From contig OZ037769.1 in NCBI GenBank assembly GCA_964035545.1, forward strand, positions 12,430,633-12,494,632: a stretch of DNA of 64,000 nt, written 5' to 3'. The stretch's first letter is position 1. The number at the start of each line of letters is the position of its first letter. This DNA is from Bugula neritina (lineage: Eukaryota > Animalia > Bryozoa). Below the pieces are notes generated by a model. That model was not told the origin of the DNA. It made no database searches and was given only the letters and a program-made list of their open reading frames with translations. This document shows, one piece after another, positions 55,501-64,000 of the stretch. The position numbers and the translations under genes are program-made.

Positions 55501-57321
55501 CTGTGACCAGCGCCTCAACAGTGAGGGCTGGTGGTGTTGCTGCCTCAGGGGCTGTGTCCCCTGGGGCCATTGCGTGCCGCTCGGCAACTAGTTATTCGAA
55601 AATCCCACCGCTGCCATCAATGTAGTAAACTGTGGGTTTTGAATGCAACTAGTGCCTACATGCTCTAGAGAAAATAAGCCAAGTATCTGAATACGAATGA
55701 AGATAACTTTATTAGCATCAAATACAGCTTATGTGGTCCTACTACCAGCGAGCTCCAGTAGTAGTCTGAACTACACTGGAACTCGCTGGCTTTTATATAC
55801 AAGCGAGACAAAGACATTCCTTTGTTGCCGAGATCGGGGTTCCGAAATGCCGAATATCGGCATTTCGGGACTCCGAAATGCCGAAACGTCGATTTTCGGC
55901 ATATCGGCATTTCGGAAGACCGAAATGCCGATCTCAGCAACAAAGGACACACACAAAAGAAAGCAACATTAGTAAAAGAAAAGCACTATTAGTAAAAGAG
56001 ATATTACATAACTTCAGAATGCGTATTTCAGTAAAATTACATTATGCTGAAAGCTTAACAGTAATCACCATACTTAGGCATTAGCAAGCTAGCTTACTTA
56101 ACTATAATTACAGCATTAAGAACGATACGCAACAGTATTTATAGTATACTGATGCACGCAGTTATTTCAGAACAATAGAGGATGAGAATCCATTACAATA
56201 TATTACTATCTCCCTAGTTAGAAACACCCTCCGATTCAATTATTTATTGTTTTATTATACTATCTTAATTGGTGCATTATTAGAGAAATGTTAACAGTTT
56301 AGGTTTTTTAGTTTTTTTTATAGATTTTAGTTTGGGGCGGAGGAGGTTGAAATTCTAGGGGAACATAATTTATTTTCAAACATCTAGATCATAGACTTTT
56401 TCCAATTTCTCAATTACTGCAACTACTTGTAGTTTGTGGAGCCAAACTGAACCAAAATATTCTCGTTAATATAAAATAAACTGTGTGTTACATCTGCTCA
56501 CTTCAACTCGAATTCAACTTTTAAATAGTTTTAATATAAATACAAAGAGAAAAGAATACTAAGTAATTATTTGTAAACACTTTGGGATTATCTTCACAGG
56601 TTTTTAAGTTATTCTACTCATTGGCTATTTAGAGAATTTATGTAAACCAAGTATTATCCAGTTGGTTATTCCTATGACTATACTGTGCAATCACTAAGCC
56701 TAGGGCCACACGGTGCGTATTTTCGCATGCGAAAATTGAAACCACAAGTAGCGAAGGCGTCCACTGTAGCGTCAGTGATGCGTGATAAATAACGCTTTCA
56801 TTTTTAAATCGCACTCGCTTTCAATAAAACGCAATTTACTGGAATTTAGCACTAAAGTAACGAAATTGGGCTCGCTTAATCACTACCAGCCAATTAGGTG
56901 ACGACGACAGAGACGATTCGCACTTGCGTTGAAAATGCAGAGCGACAAGTGCGAACGTTTTCTCAACGCGCACAGTGGACACCTTTGCTACTTGTGATTT
57001 CAATTTTCGCATGCGAAAATACGCACAGTGTGGCCCTAGGCTTACTGTAATGATGACCTGTTACATAACATTAGTTTTCAACCAAGTGTTTGTCAGTGGT
57101 CATATGCATATATTACTATCAATGGAAATATTCAACTACTAGTCATATACTTACATATACTATTATCAGTAAAAGAATATTCTCACCTGTTCTCATCATC
57201 TGCTGTTTATCTGCTCTCGGAGTTAGGCTCAGTTCGTCTTCAGAGAAATTCTCTTCACTGGTTGAAGTCAGCGTCAGCTCAGATTCATCAAAAGAGTTTT
57301 CTCTGAATGAATAGAACTCTT
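40561..57321 (-). CDS. Multi-exon intracellular-type protein with two Ig I-set domains (titin/MLCK/palladin-like) and a long low-complexity tail
   Basis: In-frame exons 57321-57187, 48993-48835, 48445-48251, 47564-47391, 47000-46863, 46401-46316, 45982-45589, 45101-(~45000 or 44868), 44277-43157, 42595-42037, 40649-40561. I-set motifs RFTTKPKS..GDVAKFTC..WFKD..DAGQYICIAKN and APLFLKEL..EGDTVKFRCKV..PPPRVMWYKDG..DAEFTVMAKN. Confidence 0.75.
42636..42843 (+). mobile_element. tRNA-derived SINE, copy 1
   Basis: A box tggtctaggggttag, B box gttcgaaccc, body attggtgatgttaggaaaagcatccagtcataattgctcctgtgccaca. Aligns with 61445-61645. Confidence 0.75.
43640..43870 (-). repeat. Coding 24-bp (8-aa, NHGANSTT-like) tandem repeat, ~9 units
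   Basis: TTNHGVSTTAYHGANITTNHDASITTKYGANTTAYHG...NHGINSTTNRGANSTTNHDANSTT. Confidence 0.8.
46443..46845. repeat. Intronic ~22-bp minisatellite (catgtactacacactactacca)n
   Basis: Direct inspection. Accounts for the three overlapping T/H/Y ORFs. Confidence 0.9.
47908..48019 (-). mobile_element. tRNA-derived SINE, partial copy 2
   Basis: Minus strand gagcagctgtggtcttgtggttagagc...ggttcaaatc...attggtgatgccagaaagagcattt matches the other two copies. Confidence 0.65.
49063..49639 (-). repeat. 3' LTR
   Basis: Matches 55621-56197 except one visible difference (ccagTgagc vs ccagCgagc). Contains minus-strand TATATAAAAG and a downstream AATAAA. Confidence 0.95.
49640..49649 (-). other. Polypurine tract
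   Basis: GGGGGGAGAA directly before the 3' LTR on the minus strand. Confidence 0.85.
49860..54689 (-). CDS. pol: Pol polyprotein (protease, RT, RNase H, integrase), reached by -1 frameshift from gag
   Basis: FLLDTG; YWQV..LPFGL..IYLDD; LDTDASD..ELLAV..RTDH; HKQAHSG..CEVC; VDLVGP..HTDQG..NGVVE; PKFVGPY. The frame is open from the TTTAAAC heptamer to 49860. Confidence 0.95.
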   Translation of the reverse strand, partial: FKHPRLTVTSANRGPHANPIRDRTRRGEEETSTGSTDTEWQRPQRSRRPQGLPDPPAWPLQNRFAGLPEEVVEEDSAYSQEYPKLPSRPQKTPVVSKTKRRPAVRTQVVSPPETDRSRSTQPYGSSYFLPGKISGKAATFLLDTGCTTNLLSRRLFDTLGARERASLEPYEGAHGTLADGSCIPFYGVISLPERVRDQAIHETFIVSQLKEDAILGMPFLEKHQCHMDFQKSVVVMAGKELVCVDKFGRPLVGGVQVVRDCTVPGRSQATLRCRVNCKGIAGLGVVEGTHGAIRLANSLNRLDCRQELLVQCINPFTEPVRLSAGALVGKYHSIQEADVGPALETVADTQGNPPHTRRGAVPEHMADLYDGACGNCTSSTERQVLAQLLAEYSDVFSRGDGDMGLTKVISHEIPLAAGTTPIRQPTRRLGPEKEKEVSRQVQDLLDRDLIEPAHGAWSSPVVLVKKKDGSWRFCMDYRRLNSVTIQDAYPLPRIDESLDALAGSKYFSTLDLLSGYWQVPLSPDAQDKAAFITRDGLWKWKVLPFGLTSAPATFQRLMEQVLSGLHWKTLLIYLDDVIVISPDFSTHVSRLREVFDRLRAAGLKLKPSKCALLQPEVTYLGHVVGRDGVATDPEKVQAVKEWTVPRDLPELRAFLGLVGYYRQYIPGFAGVAQPLNRLTAKGVRWQWTQEEQQAFDHLKQRLMEAPILAYPDPAQEYILDTDASDHSVGAVLSQVQGGSEVVVAYYSKTLAAAEKNYCTTRKELLAVVKAVKHFRPYLYGRTFRLRTDHASLIWLCKRAEPSSQVARWLKILAEFSYRIEHRAGRKHGNADSMSRRPVEDCKQCLHIEQRDGGPARLDVETELGEGAVYRWEHGHLRTETHSDDVQALHANPTLYQNVKELCRLQETLPGAVADIFRAKKEGRRPSEEQQRQGDVEFQLLCRRWDTLKVSPDGLLMITLAADNRQQERDRVVCPRALRRELIWDTHKQAHSGVSRVIRCLRLRWYWPGMTWDVRLRVRQCEVCQASKHGRPTETTGRRRLYAGRPWQVVAVDLVGPMPLSARGNTWILVLTDHFTRWADALAIPDATAPTVARTLDQHVFCYLGLPEQIHTDQGAQFQSQLMGDLCRIWGVNQSRTTPYHPQGNGVVERNNRMLGDALRSLLLGRGQEEWDVVLPQIMRAYRSTPHSATQETPNFLMLGRETRVPEHLTYHVPAPESPVHEYVEGLIDIMGKAHDALRTQQWQTRTEDSEEPPLYQVGDWVWMVSYRRRRGQSAKLQPKFVGPYCVVEVLPNHTYRVERSGQVSVQSEQRLKPYQASPDAVGQAPPLLEPHRQPSRRGQATRPREVEIVFPREADQEQTALLEQLERQQREEREQERQQALGPPPLQGEDTPTRVTGEGGDPPSAVAEEPLAPAAPIQQERSQRARRPPRYLADYHVGHMEMSPQRSGTPSTGKNSEPQSQNSPGSTGLLQKQLPPDQHSHLDNRYPALSGNVGRGRWRYPIPMTDLDPPPEEEDEATTLLPAQLIGDGATAATTQPLRVALARLGKEPGAPGSQIEEKTQPTHSQLPRHGQSMALPYRECVLDSAIQAWSGTLDRCTEGIESLVHHLK
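54613..54689 (-). other. -1 programmed ribosomal frameshift signal (U UUA AAC plus downstream stem / pseudoknot)
   Basis: Heptamer 54689-54683 is in X XXY YYZ register in gag. A 6-nt spacer is followed by the stem GGCUCACGGU/ACCGUGGGCC. Pol is in the -1 frame. Confidence 0.85.
54665..55570 (-). CDS. gag: Gag (capsid-like region plus CCHC zinc knuckle)
   Basis: 301-aa ORF after the PBS. PNFGGEGDVEQFIREF, LRACLTGRA, CWGCGAQGHMRRHC. Confidence 0.92.
   Translation of the reverse strand: MAPGDTAPEAATPPALTVEALVTALQGLRGQGQATPGERYRLQPPNFGGEGDVEQFIREFQDVATIAEWPVRVRILQLRACLTGRAKSFALGPDEEHIMRALRARFGLTAEEAADRLQIMRRDRRTPLEDHANEVERLAQAAFGHATGNDRKRLVYNAFFRSVNHPDLQRYWLAAKVNSIEEALEMGKAYFQVEEPRRPSYTARQVVEEREETTPLPTPQVAAAATKSPEQTQLTMLMDMMKGLQATVTKLQSEQADRRAPRSRDNPVRPSLLTCWGCGAQGHMRRHCPRGQGPLNTQGSR
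55601..55619 (-). other. Primer-binding site for tRNA-Leu
   Basis: TGATGGCAGCGGTGGGATT, 1 nt inside the 5' LTR. Complementary to the tRNA-Leu 3' end (..AATCCCACCGCTGCCACCA) with one mismatch. Confidence 0.8.
55621..56197 (-). repeat. 5' LTR
   Basis: See the 3' LTR; adjacent to the PBS. Confidence 0.95.
56697..57042. mobile_element. MITE with ~75-bp TIRs and TA flanks
   Basis: ta|agcctagggccacacggtgcgtattttcgcatgcgaaaattgaaa ... tttcaattttcgcatgcgaaaatacgcacagtgtggccctaggct|ta. Confidence 0.85.
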
Positions 57322-57347
57322 CTATCAGTAATATTGACAGTAGAAGC

Positions 57348-57476
57348 GTTAGTTTCAGTTAGTGTATCAGTATATTAGTTTCAGTATTAGTATTAGTATT
57401 ACTGTTAGTATCAGTATTAGTATCAGTATTAGTATCAGTAATACTGCTAGTATTAGTATCAGTATTAGTATTAGTA
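57348..57476. repeat. (TATTAG/TATCAG)n hexamer repeat
   Basis: Direct inspection. Confidence 0.85.
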
Positions 57477-57960
57477 ATGTCAAAAGTACTAAAATGTAAC
57501 ACATACACAGTTGTGTTTTCACACACCAATTAAATTTTTGTATTACCAACAAAGAAGTTTCTGTAAGCAATTGCCGTGACTCAGATTTTTTACCATACAA
57601 GTCCGCAGAGAATACCTCCTTAACTGACACCACAGTATACAGTAGCATGTGCTACTACTGATGGCTAGCTATTAATCTATTGTGTTTATAATTATAATGT
57701 TATAGCAGTAACCCAGTCTACCCCAAACTTTGAGAAAGTATGCATGGCTATAAGAAGACATTAGCTATGTAACACACAACATTTACAAGAATATTAACTC
57801 AAGTGTCGCTATGGCGACCTTCTAAGATGTAAAGAATTTCATCTAGAAGAAGTTATAATAGACTCAGCATATAGCCCTATATGCGCAGTTACAAACAATA
57901 TAGATTATATACATAATATAATACATAATATGATGCTTGCGTGCAAATCACATGCCCTAC

Positions 57961-60631
57961 TTATGCAAATCTAGATTCAGAAGCTTGCGAGGTAGGTGCA
58001 GTAACGGAGAAATTGAGAAAAGCTTGTGTTCTAGATTAGAAATGTAGCAAAAGATGTTATATTCTCACAAAAGTTCAACCTGCAACCCAAACCAAAATTT
58101 GTAAAGAAAGTTAAAGAACTTAGACTATCTAAATTTCTCCACTACTGCTACCAGTTGATGTGAAGCTTGTTGCTTTGTTTTTAGCCACTATAGCTTTATT
58201 AGTCCAATAATGCTGTTTAATTTAAAAAAATATTGCAGATATTTGCATCTATTACAAGGCCTGCTCAGACGAACAAATAAACAGCAGAGTTATACCTGAT
58301 ATTCTCCATAGCCTCTGGTATGTGCATTATGCTGATAGATTCCTCAGATGTAGAGCTAGCATTGAATAGGCTGCTTTTACCACTGAGACTAAGGCTATCA
58401 AATGCCTTTCCTCTGAATATCCAGTTTCCACTCATACCACTTCAACAAAATAGGTTTGTATATTAACAGACATGAGAAAAGTAAGATAAATGAATAAAAA
58501 TAGATACCAAAGAACTTATAAATGTTGATAAGTAAAAATATCTCAAGAGCTAGAGAATCAAAATGTTAGAACAGTGCTTAGGGCAGACACAGCATTTTTA
58601 TTCTAGCAAAAAGAGCATATAAACAGAGTTGTCCTCTCATAAGTACAGTTTGACAATATTGTGAGATTATATAATATATTGCGAGTAAATTCAACCAGAG
58701 TTATCACCACATGTAAGAGAAAGAATACGCAAGGCAAGGGTTAGACAGATAGTTTATATGCACAGGAAACATGCTGAGCGAAAAATAGAGCGAGCCAGAA
58801 CTTATGCACAATCAGTTTAACAACTGTACCAGACAGATGTTAAGATTCTATTGCTTCTATCCAATTACAATGAGTTATTTATTAGTGGCACTCCAGACAG
58901 TTAAATACACTTTTTAAACAATTTTATACCTGAGATTTTGTAGCAACACATAAAAGATGAAATTTCTTTACTCATATGAAACTGATTCAGGAAAAATTTT
59001 TGTTTTTATGCTGTGTTTTTCCAAATTTGTTCTGATATTTATTTTCATAATAGTAACATTATAGTAACACAAGCTAGGAGTCATCAGCCCATGTAAAGAA
59101 TGTATAGCCAATATTAAAAACTGGATTTAGAGTTACCTCCTCCTGCATTACTCTATACATCTTATACCAAACACTTTGCTGTCAAGCAGCTGTTGTCTGT
59201 ATGCTGCCAGGCAGCATCCTTTTAACTAGTGATTTTGAAATGTAACTTTAAAGAATATTATTTCATAGCCAAACATATTTTCTCCTGACCTATAATATGA
59301 TTTGAACAGACATCATATTCATAATGCTTGTAACTACAACCCTGATAGCTGTTACTACTCAACTTGGCAAGTTACAAACATTAGACAAGGAGCTGCATTT
59401 GGTAGCAGATTGCATAGCCTAGCTAGAGCCGACTCCATATAAAGTGTAGCTATATTAACAGTTAGTTAGTAGCTAATTATCTAATATATTAACACACAGC
59501 GGAGTTGTCACCACATGTATATGTAATAGCCCTTTTATAGTAACATACAAGGAGATGAGCTAGCTTCCTTTATGCAGTATTAATATATACTTTAAATATC
59601 TTAGCTATCATCTGCAGACTGTTTGAAGGTCGTATGCTCAAACAAGTTTGTTTTATAGTAAATGTTCAAGCCAGTTCAGTGATTAAGCTCTCTATAGCAG
59701 AAGCTAAGAATAGCATGCAATGAAAGTCATAAAACAAACTTGTTTGAGTATACAACTTTTAAACAATTAATAGCTAAGTTATATAAGACTATTCTATTAC
59801 TGCATAAATTAAGTATGTCGGGGATTCTCTGAGAAACAAGAAAACCCATAGCAGCAGCAGAGAGCCATACCTGGGTTTCACAGGTCTTTAACAAATAAAT
59901 ATCATAATAAGCTTATAGTATGCAGACTCACACAGTTTGTTAATATAGAATATGCAGTAACCTTATAACTGTGCTGAATGTTTTGCTATGAGAAATTTAC
60001 TTAAATAATTAGAAGTTTAGAGGCGTAAACAAACTATATTAGTAATTATATATAACATAAAGTAGTGCAGCCAATATAGAGTAGTGCAGTCAATATAAAG
60101 TAGTACAGTCAATATAAAGTAGTACAGCCAATATAAAGTAGTGCAGCCAATATATAGTAGTGCAGTCAATATAGAGTAGTGCAGTCAATATAGAGTAGTG
60201 CAGTTAATATAGAGTAGTGCAGTCAATATATAGTAGTGCAGCTATAAACAGTACTAACCATCAGTAACAACCACAACATCATCAATAAAGTGATATGACA
60301 GTTCCTAATTGTGATGTAACAGTTATTAGTAACTTATGAGCTATTAGTAATATAAGTAGCAGTATAGTTAGTAATTTACTACAAACTAGTAGTACCAATA
60401 GCTCAATGAAATATATAGCAATAGATTTAACTTTTTACAACTATTAACAACTATTAACAATGTTAATAACTATTAGCTGTTAGTAACTATAATTAACAGC
60501 AATAGTCACCTGGCCACTGAGTCGGAGTCCCATGGTCCACTCTGTTCAGACATTGCATCATCCTCCTGACTTGTAGCTCGAGTTATTCCGTCCAATGAAA
60601 GCAGGTCCGGGTCCAAGTCTGCTGGACAGTT

Positions 60632-60679
<48 letters not shown>

Positions 60680-63600
60680 CAAATGCATTGTAATATACAC
60701 AGTCGTAGGCATATATACTAAACCACAACTTAATATGTGAACCCACCAGTATTTACAAACTTGAAGGCATTTTATTACTATTCTGCATTATAAAATCTGA
60801 ACAAAAGCTCTACTAAAAAAAATTACTTTTCATTTCATTTAAACAAACTTTTACAAAATTGCAAATAATATTTGGCGAACTTTATCCTAGTATATCTATT
60901 CTAGTAAACATATCAGTTACCATTTCTGTTAACATCGAATGACGGAAGTTTATAGCTGACGTCATATCCAGAGCTGTACATGGAATCTGAGGTGTCCACT
61001 GGGTCAGCATGAGATACTTCTTCATCTAAAACCTGCTGCCAGAATTCATTTTAAATTATAGCATAAATGTTAAAATTTTCATAACAATTCGCCAGGTAAA
61101 AAGTATTTAAATACTTTAACTCAGGTGAATTCTACTGAAAAATTTTGGTTTCTAAATTAGGCAAAAATTAAGTTTTATTATGTATGTTTTAAGTTAATTT
61201 TAAATTTACATGCAGTTTCTATTTGAGAAATTTAAACAATGAAAACATGGAAGCAGTTGCTGCATTACCTCTGCTAGTATACACTCAGCCACTACATTAC
61301 AGTCAACTTCTCCGTCATCTGTTATGACCTCAGGCTACAATTCAACAGACATAGAAGAAAGGGGCAACTGTTAGTACAAAATATACTTTAGAGAAAGACA
61401 GCTGCAGAGTTGGTTTATAATCAGCTGTGTCAACTACATATAAGGAGCAGCTATGGTCTAGGGGTTACAGCGCTGGTTTAGCAAGCCCGAAGCCATGAGT
61501 TTGATCCTTAGTAAAGGCTATTGGTGATGCTAGGAAAAGCATCCAGTCATAATTACTCCTGTGCCACACAAGAATAAGTCCTAAGCCTGCTTAAAAAAGT
61601 CCTTTCCATTAGAGTTAGAGGTGGTGACTATAAACTTGTGTGAGTGCTTGAGGGAGTTGTGGCATATTCAACAAACTATGAAGTTGTGTTCTCTCTCCTA
61701 CATTCAGCTAATTTCACATTAACATATGGCTGCAGGTTTTCCATTACTAGCAGTATAATAATATGTCAATAACTTGATTAGTTGTAAGCATTCAGACAAA
61801 ATAAATACTAAACTGTTGCTAAAACAAATTTGCTGCTGTTTTCATACTTCAGCTAGATAGTACATGTAAATTGAAAGATGGTAACAGCTACAGCTACTGA
61901 AATTGGATATAATTTTTAGATTCACTTTTTTTCAAGAAGCATGAGTATGATATAAAATAAATCAATGATTAAATTTTGACATTATAATTACTACTGATAC
62001 AGTATGCTTACTATGCACACATAACTACAGCTTAAGAAACCTAATAGCGGACTTTGAAAACTTGAGCCCGGACACATTAAATATAGCTGATATTTTACGT
62101 TATGGCCTACCGTACGGTAAGTGTGAATGAGGGGTAAGAAACACACATATTTACAGACGAGCAGTTAAATAATCAACTTGTATAATATAGGCCTAGATCA
62201 TAACTAATACTCACTGGTAACGGGTGGCCTATAGACTCTTTTACAATGGAGCACACAATGGAAGGAACTTGGCTATGTTTTACTAGCTTCTCTTTGCTTA
62301 TAGAACTTTGATCTACAAAGAATGTAATATATTTTTTTTGCAAAGTTTGTATGCAAAAAAACTATAATTTTCCGCTTAACAATAAATAAAAGAAATCTAT
62401 ATGTTACTAACAATGATGCAATACCTTCACATTTGTAGCTTAAGTGATGCAAATATCTCAAAATAAGTAATTCTTCTAATAATAGTAAAATGACAATGAT
62501 ATATGTAGCAGTTACTCATGAAAAAACTTACTATTATATACGACACTTACTATTGTATATTATACTTACATAATTGTATATAACACTTACTGTCAACTGC
62601 TAGGTACAGAGATTGCTGTAAGTTAACTATCATGGCTGCCACTGCTGCCTTCTGAGTAGTCAGCGTCTCTTCAGCTGAGAAAATGATCAAAAAATTAAAA
62701 TAATAATAATATGCTGACTCAAATACAATATGCATCAAAGCTATCATTATAAAAAGTTGTGTTAAGCCCATATGCTTATGTAAATGTATGAAGAGATAAA
62801 GTAACAGGCATAATATTAGTATAATGATAATAAAGCCAAGCTGCTAGCATTGGTCTACATCTTATTACAGCTAGTGAAAACCTATACAATATCTATATGT
62901 TTACTTTTACCTGACTTGGAATTTTGCATGTACAGTTTATTCTCTAATGTAATATACCATCACAAAACAATAAATTACTCTCACATAATATAGGCCTACT
63001 ACAAAAATATGTTACTGTACATTATAGTATAATACCAGAGCAAATATTATATTACTACAATATATGTTACATAGTTACAATATCATATACTATTACATAA
63101 TATTTTAGTATTGCAAATGTAAAATATATTTCAGTTTAAATTTCCTATAGTTTCATGGTAACAACCTTAGTGAAGGAAATGGTGTTGTAGCATTAAATAA
63201 CCTATGAACTTGCTTCCTTCTACTTCAACAAAAATGAGTCAGTTAATTGTGATTAGCAATTCCTCCCCATCCAGTAATACAAGAGTGTGGGGGCGGGTAC
63301 CTGGTGCCCGCTAAGCAAGTCTGTTGCTCGCACTAGATGAATCTTTAACTTATTCTTACTCACTCTGTGAATCTGTCACCTCTCCAACCAAACCCTCTTT
63401 GAGCTGGCCCGTGAGCATGCTCAGTTCTACTAGGAATCTTTTCACTTCCTCTTCTTTAAGATCATCGAATGTGAGTTCGGCTGTAGTCAAAAATACCAGA
63501 GTTGTGTTAGAGTACCAGATTCCATCATTTAGATATAGAATTAAAGATGTTCGTATTTACACTTTCAGTGGCTATATTTGGTAGTCAAATCAGTTCCCTA

Positions 63601-63919
63601 GGTTACCTTTACATATACTGTCAATACTACAGCTAGTCTCACCACGCCCGTACATAAGTAAATAATGTATTGGATACTAAACATCTGCGTTTATCTAGTA
63701 CCTGATATGATATATACTAGTAATACTATGCAGTGTGGAGCATATATAAGTTTAAAGTCTGGGGATAAATGCACTTTTAAACTAACACATCAAAGTTTTA
63801 CCCTGTAGTCACAGTCTATGTGCTGCAACTAGCTGCTACATACAGACCTTGTTTGTTAACCACATCTGTAGAGGATGAGAAAGCTTCAGTGTTATCCGAG
63901 AATGAAACCATTTCTTCTG
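57961..63919 (-). CDS. Block of acidic small coding exons: upstream part of the Ig gene, or the 3' end of a separate gene/isoform (5' end outside window)
   Basis: Phase-compatible exons 63919-63848, 63480-63364, 62674-62591, 62282-62215, 61334-61269, 61032-60921, 60621-60510, 58439-58296, and a possible terminal exon 58030-57961. No domain recognised. Confidence 0.5.
59569..59808. mobile_element. Old, degenerate MITE-like inverted repeat
   Basis: tttatgcagta / tactgcataaa, cttagcta / tagctaag, ctcaaacaagtttgttttat / ataaaacaaacttgtttgag. Confidence 0.55.
60057..60243. repeat. 19-bp minisatellite (atatagagtagtgcagtca)n, ~10 units
   Basis: Direct inspection. Confidence 0.9.
60630..60677. repeat. 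(TA)n microsatellite
   Basis: TA run just upstream of a minus-strand splice acceptor. Confidence 0.9.
61445..61645 (+). mobile_element. tRNA-derived SINE, copy 3
   Basis: Aligns end to end with 42636-42843 (gagcag..tggtctaggggtta..aggaaaagcatccagtcataatt..gtgactataaacttgt.tgagt). Confidence 0.75.
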
Positions 63920-64000
63920 CTGTAAATAAATTTTAAAATAAAATAAATTTTAAGTTTATAAGTTTAAAAGTTTTATAAATTCAATGCACACCGGAAATAA

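Larger units (their letters stand above)
49063..56197 (-). mobile_element. Full-length, recently inserted Ty3/Gypsy LTR retrotransposon
   Basis: Two 577-bp TG...CA LTRs. ATAT TSD at 49059-49062 and 56198-56201. PBS, PPT, and gag plus PR-RT-RH-IN in Gypsy order. Confidence 0.97.

Noticed and set aside
50050-55625. Many plus-strand and alternate-frame ORFs inside the retrotransposon
   Set aside because: Expected shadow ORFs in GC-rich coding DNA; no motifs.
63296-63336. GC hairpin gcgggtacc-t-ggtgcccgc followed by CTAG, as a Helitron 3' end
   Set aside because: Spacing is long, the next base is not T, and no 5' end or second copy was found.

Overview
AT-rich, intron-containing animal genomic DNA, probably invertebrate; the taxon cannot be fixed from the sequence. 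I reconstructed exon structures by hand from GT-AG boundaries and reading-frame continuity. Genes in order: (1) the 3' end of a receptor with plexin/MET-type IPT domains whose cytoplasmic tail has neither a GAP nor a kinase domain, but about 16 tandem 9-aa D-I-Q-Y-x-D-T tyrosine repeats; (2) a PHOSPHO1/2-family HAD phosphatase; (3) an ependymin-related gene with two tandem tRNA-like units in an intron; (4) a class A neuropeptide GPCR; (5) two unrecognised S/R/K-rich genes in head-to-head orientation; (6) PDCD5; (7) a large minus-strand gene with two Ig I-set domains. An intron of the Ig gene holds an apparently intact, very young Ty3/Gypsy element (49063-56197). It has 577-bp LTRs with one visible difference, an ATAT TSD, a tRNA-Leu PBS, a UUUAAAC -1 frameshift site followed by a candidate three-stemmed pseudoknot, and a cloverleaf palindrome array in U3. 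Also present: a 1.9-kb hAT-like foldback element with an 8-bp TSD, several MITE-like hairpins, three copies of a tRNA-derived SINE, and many micro/minisatellites. The best candidates for new biology are the tyrosine-array IPT receptor and the structured cis-elements of the retrotransposon.
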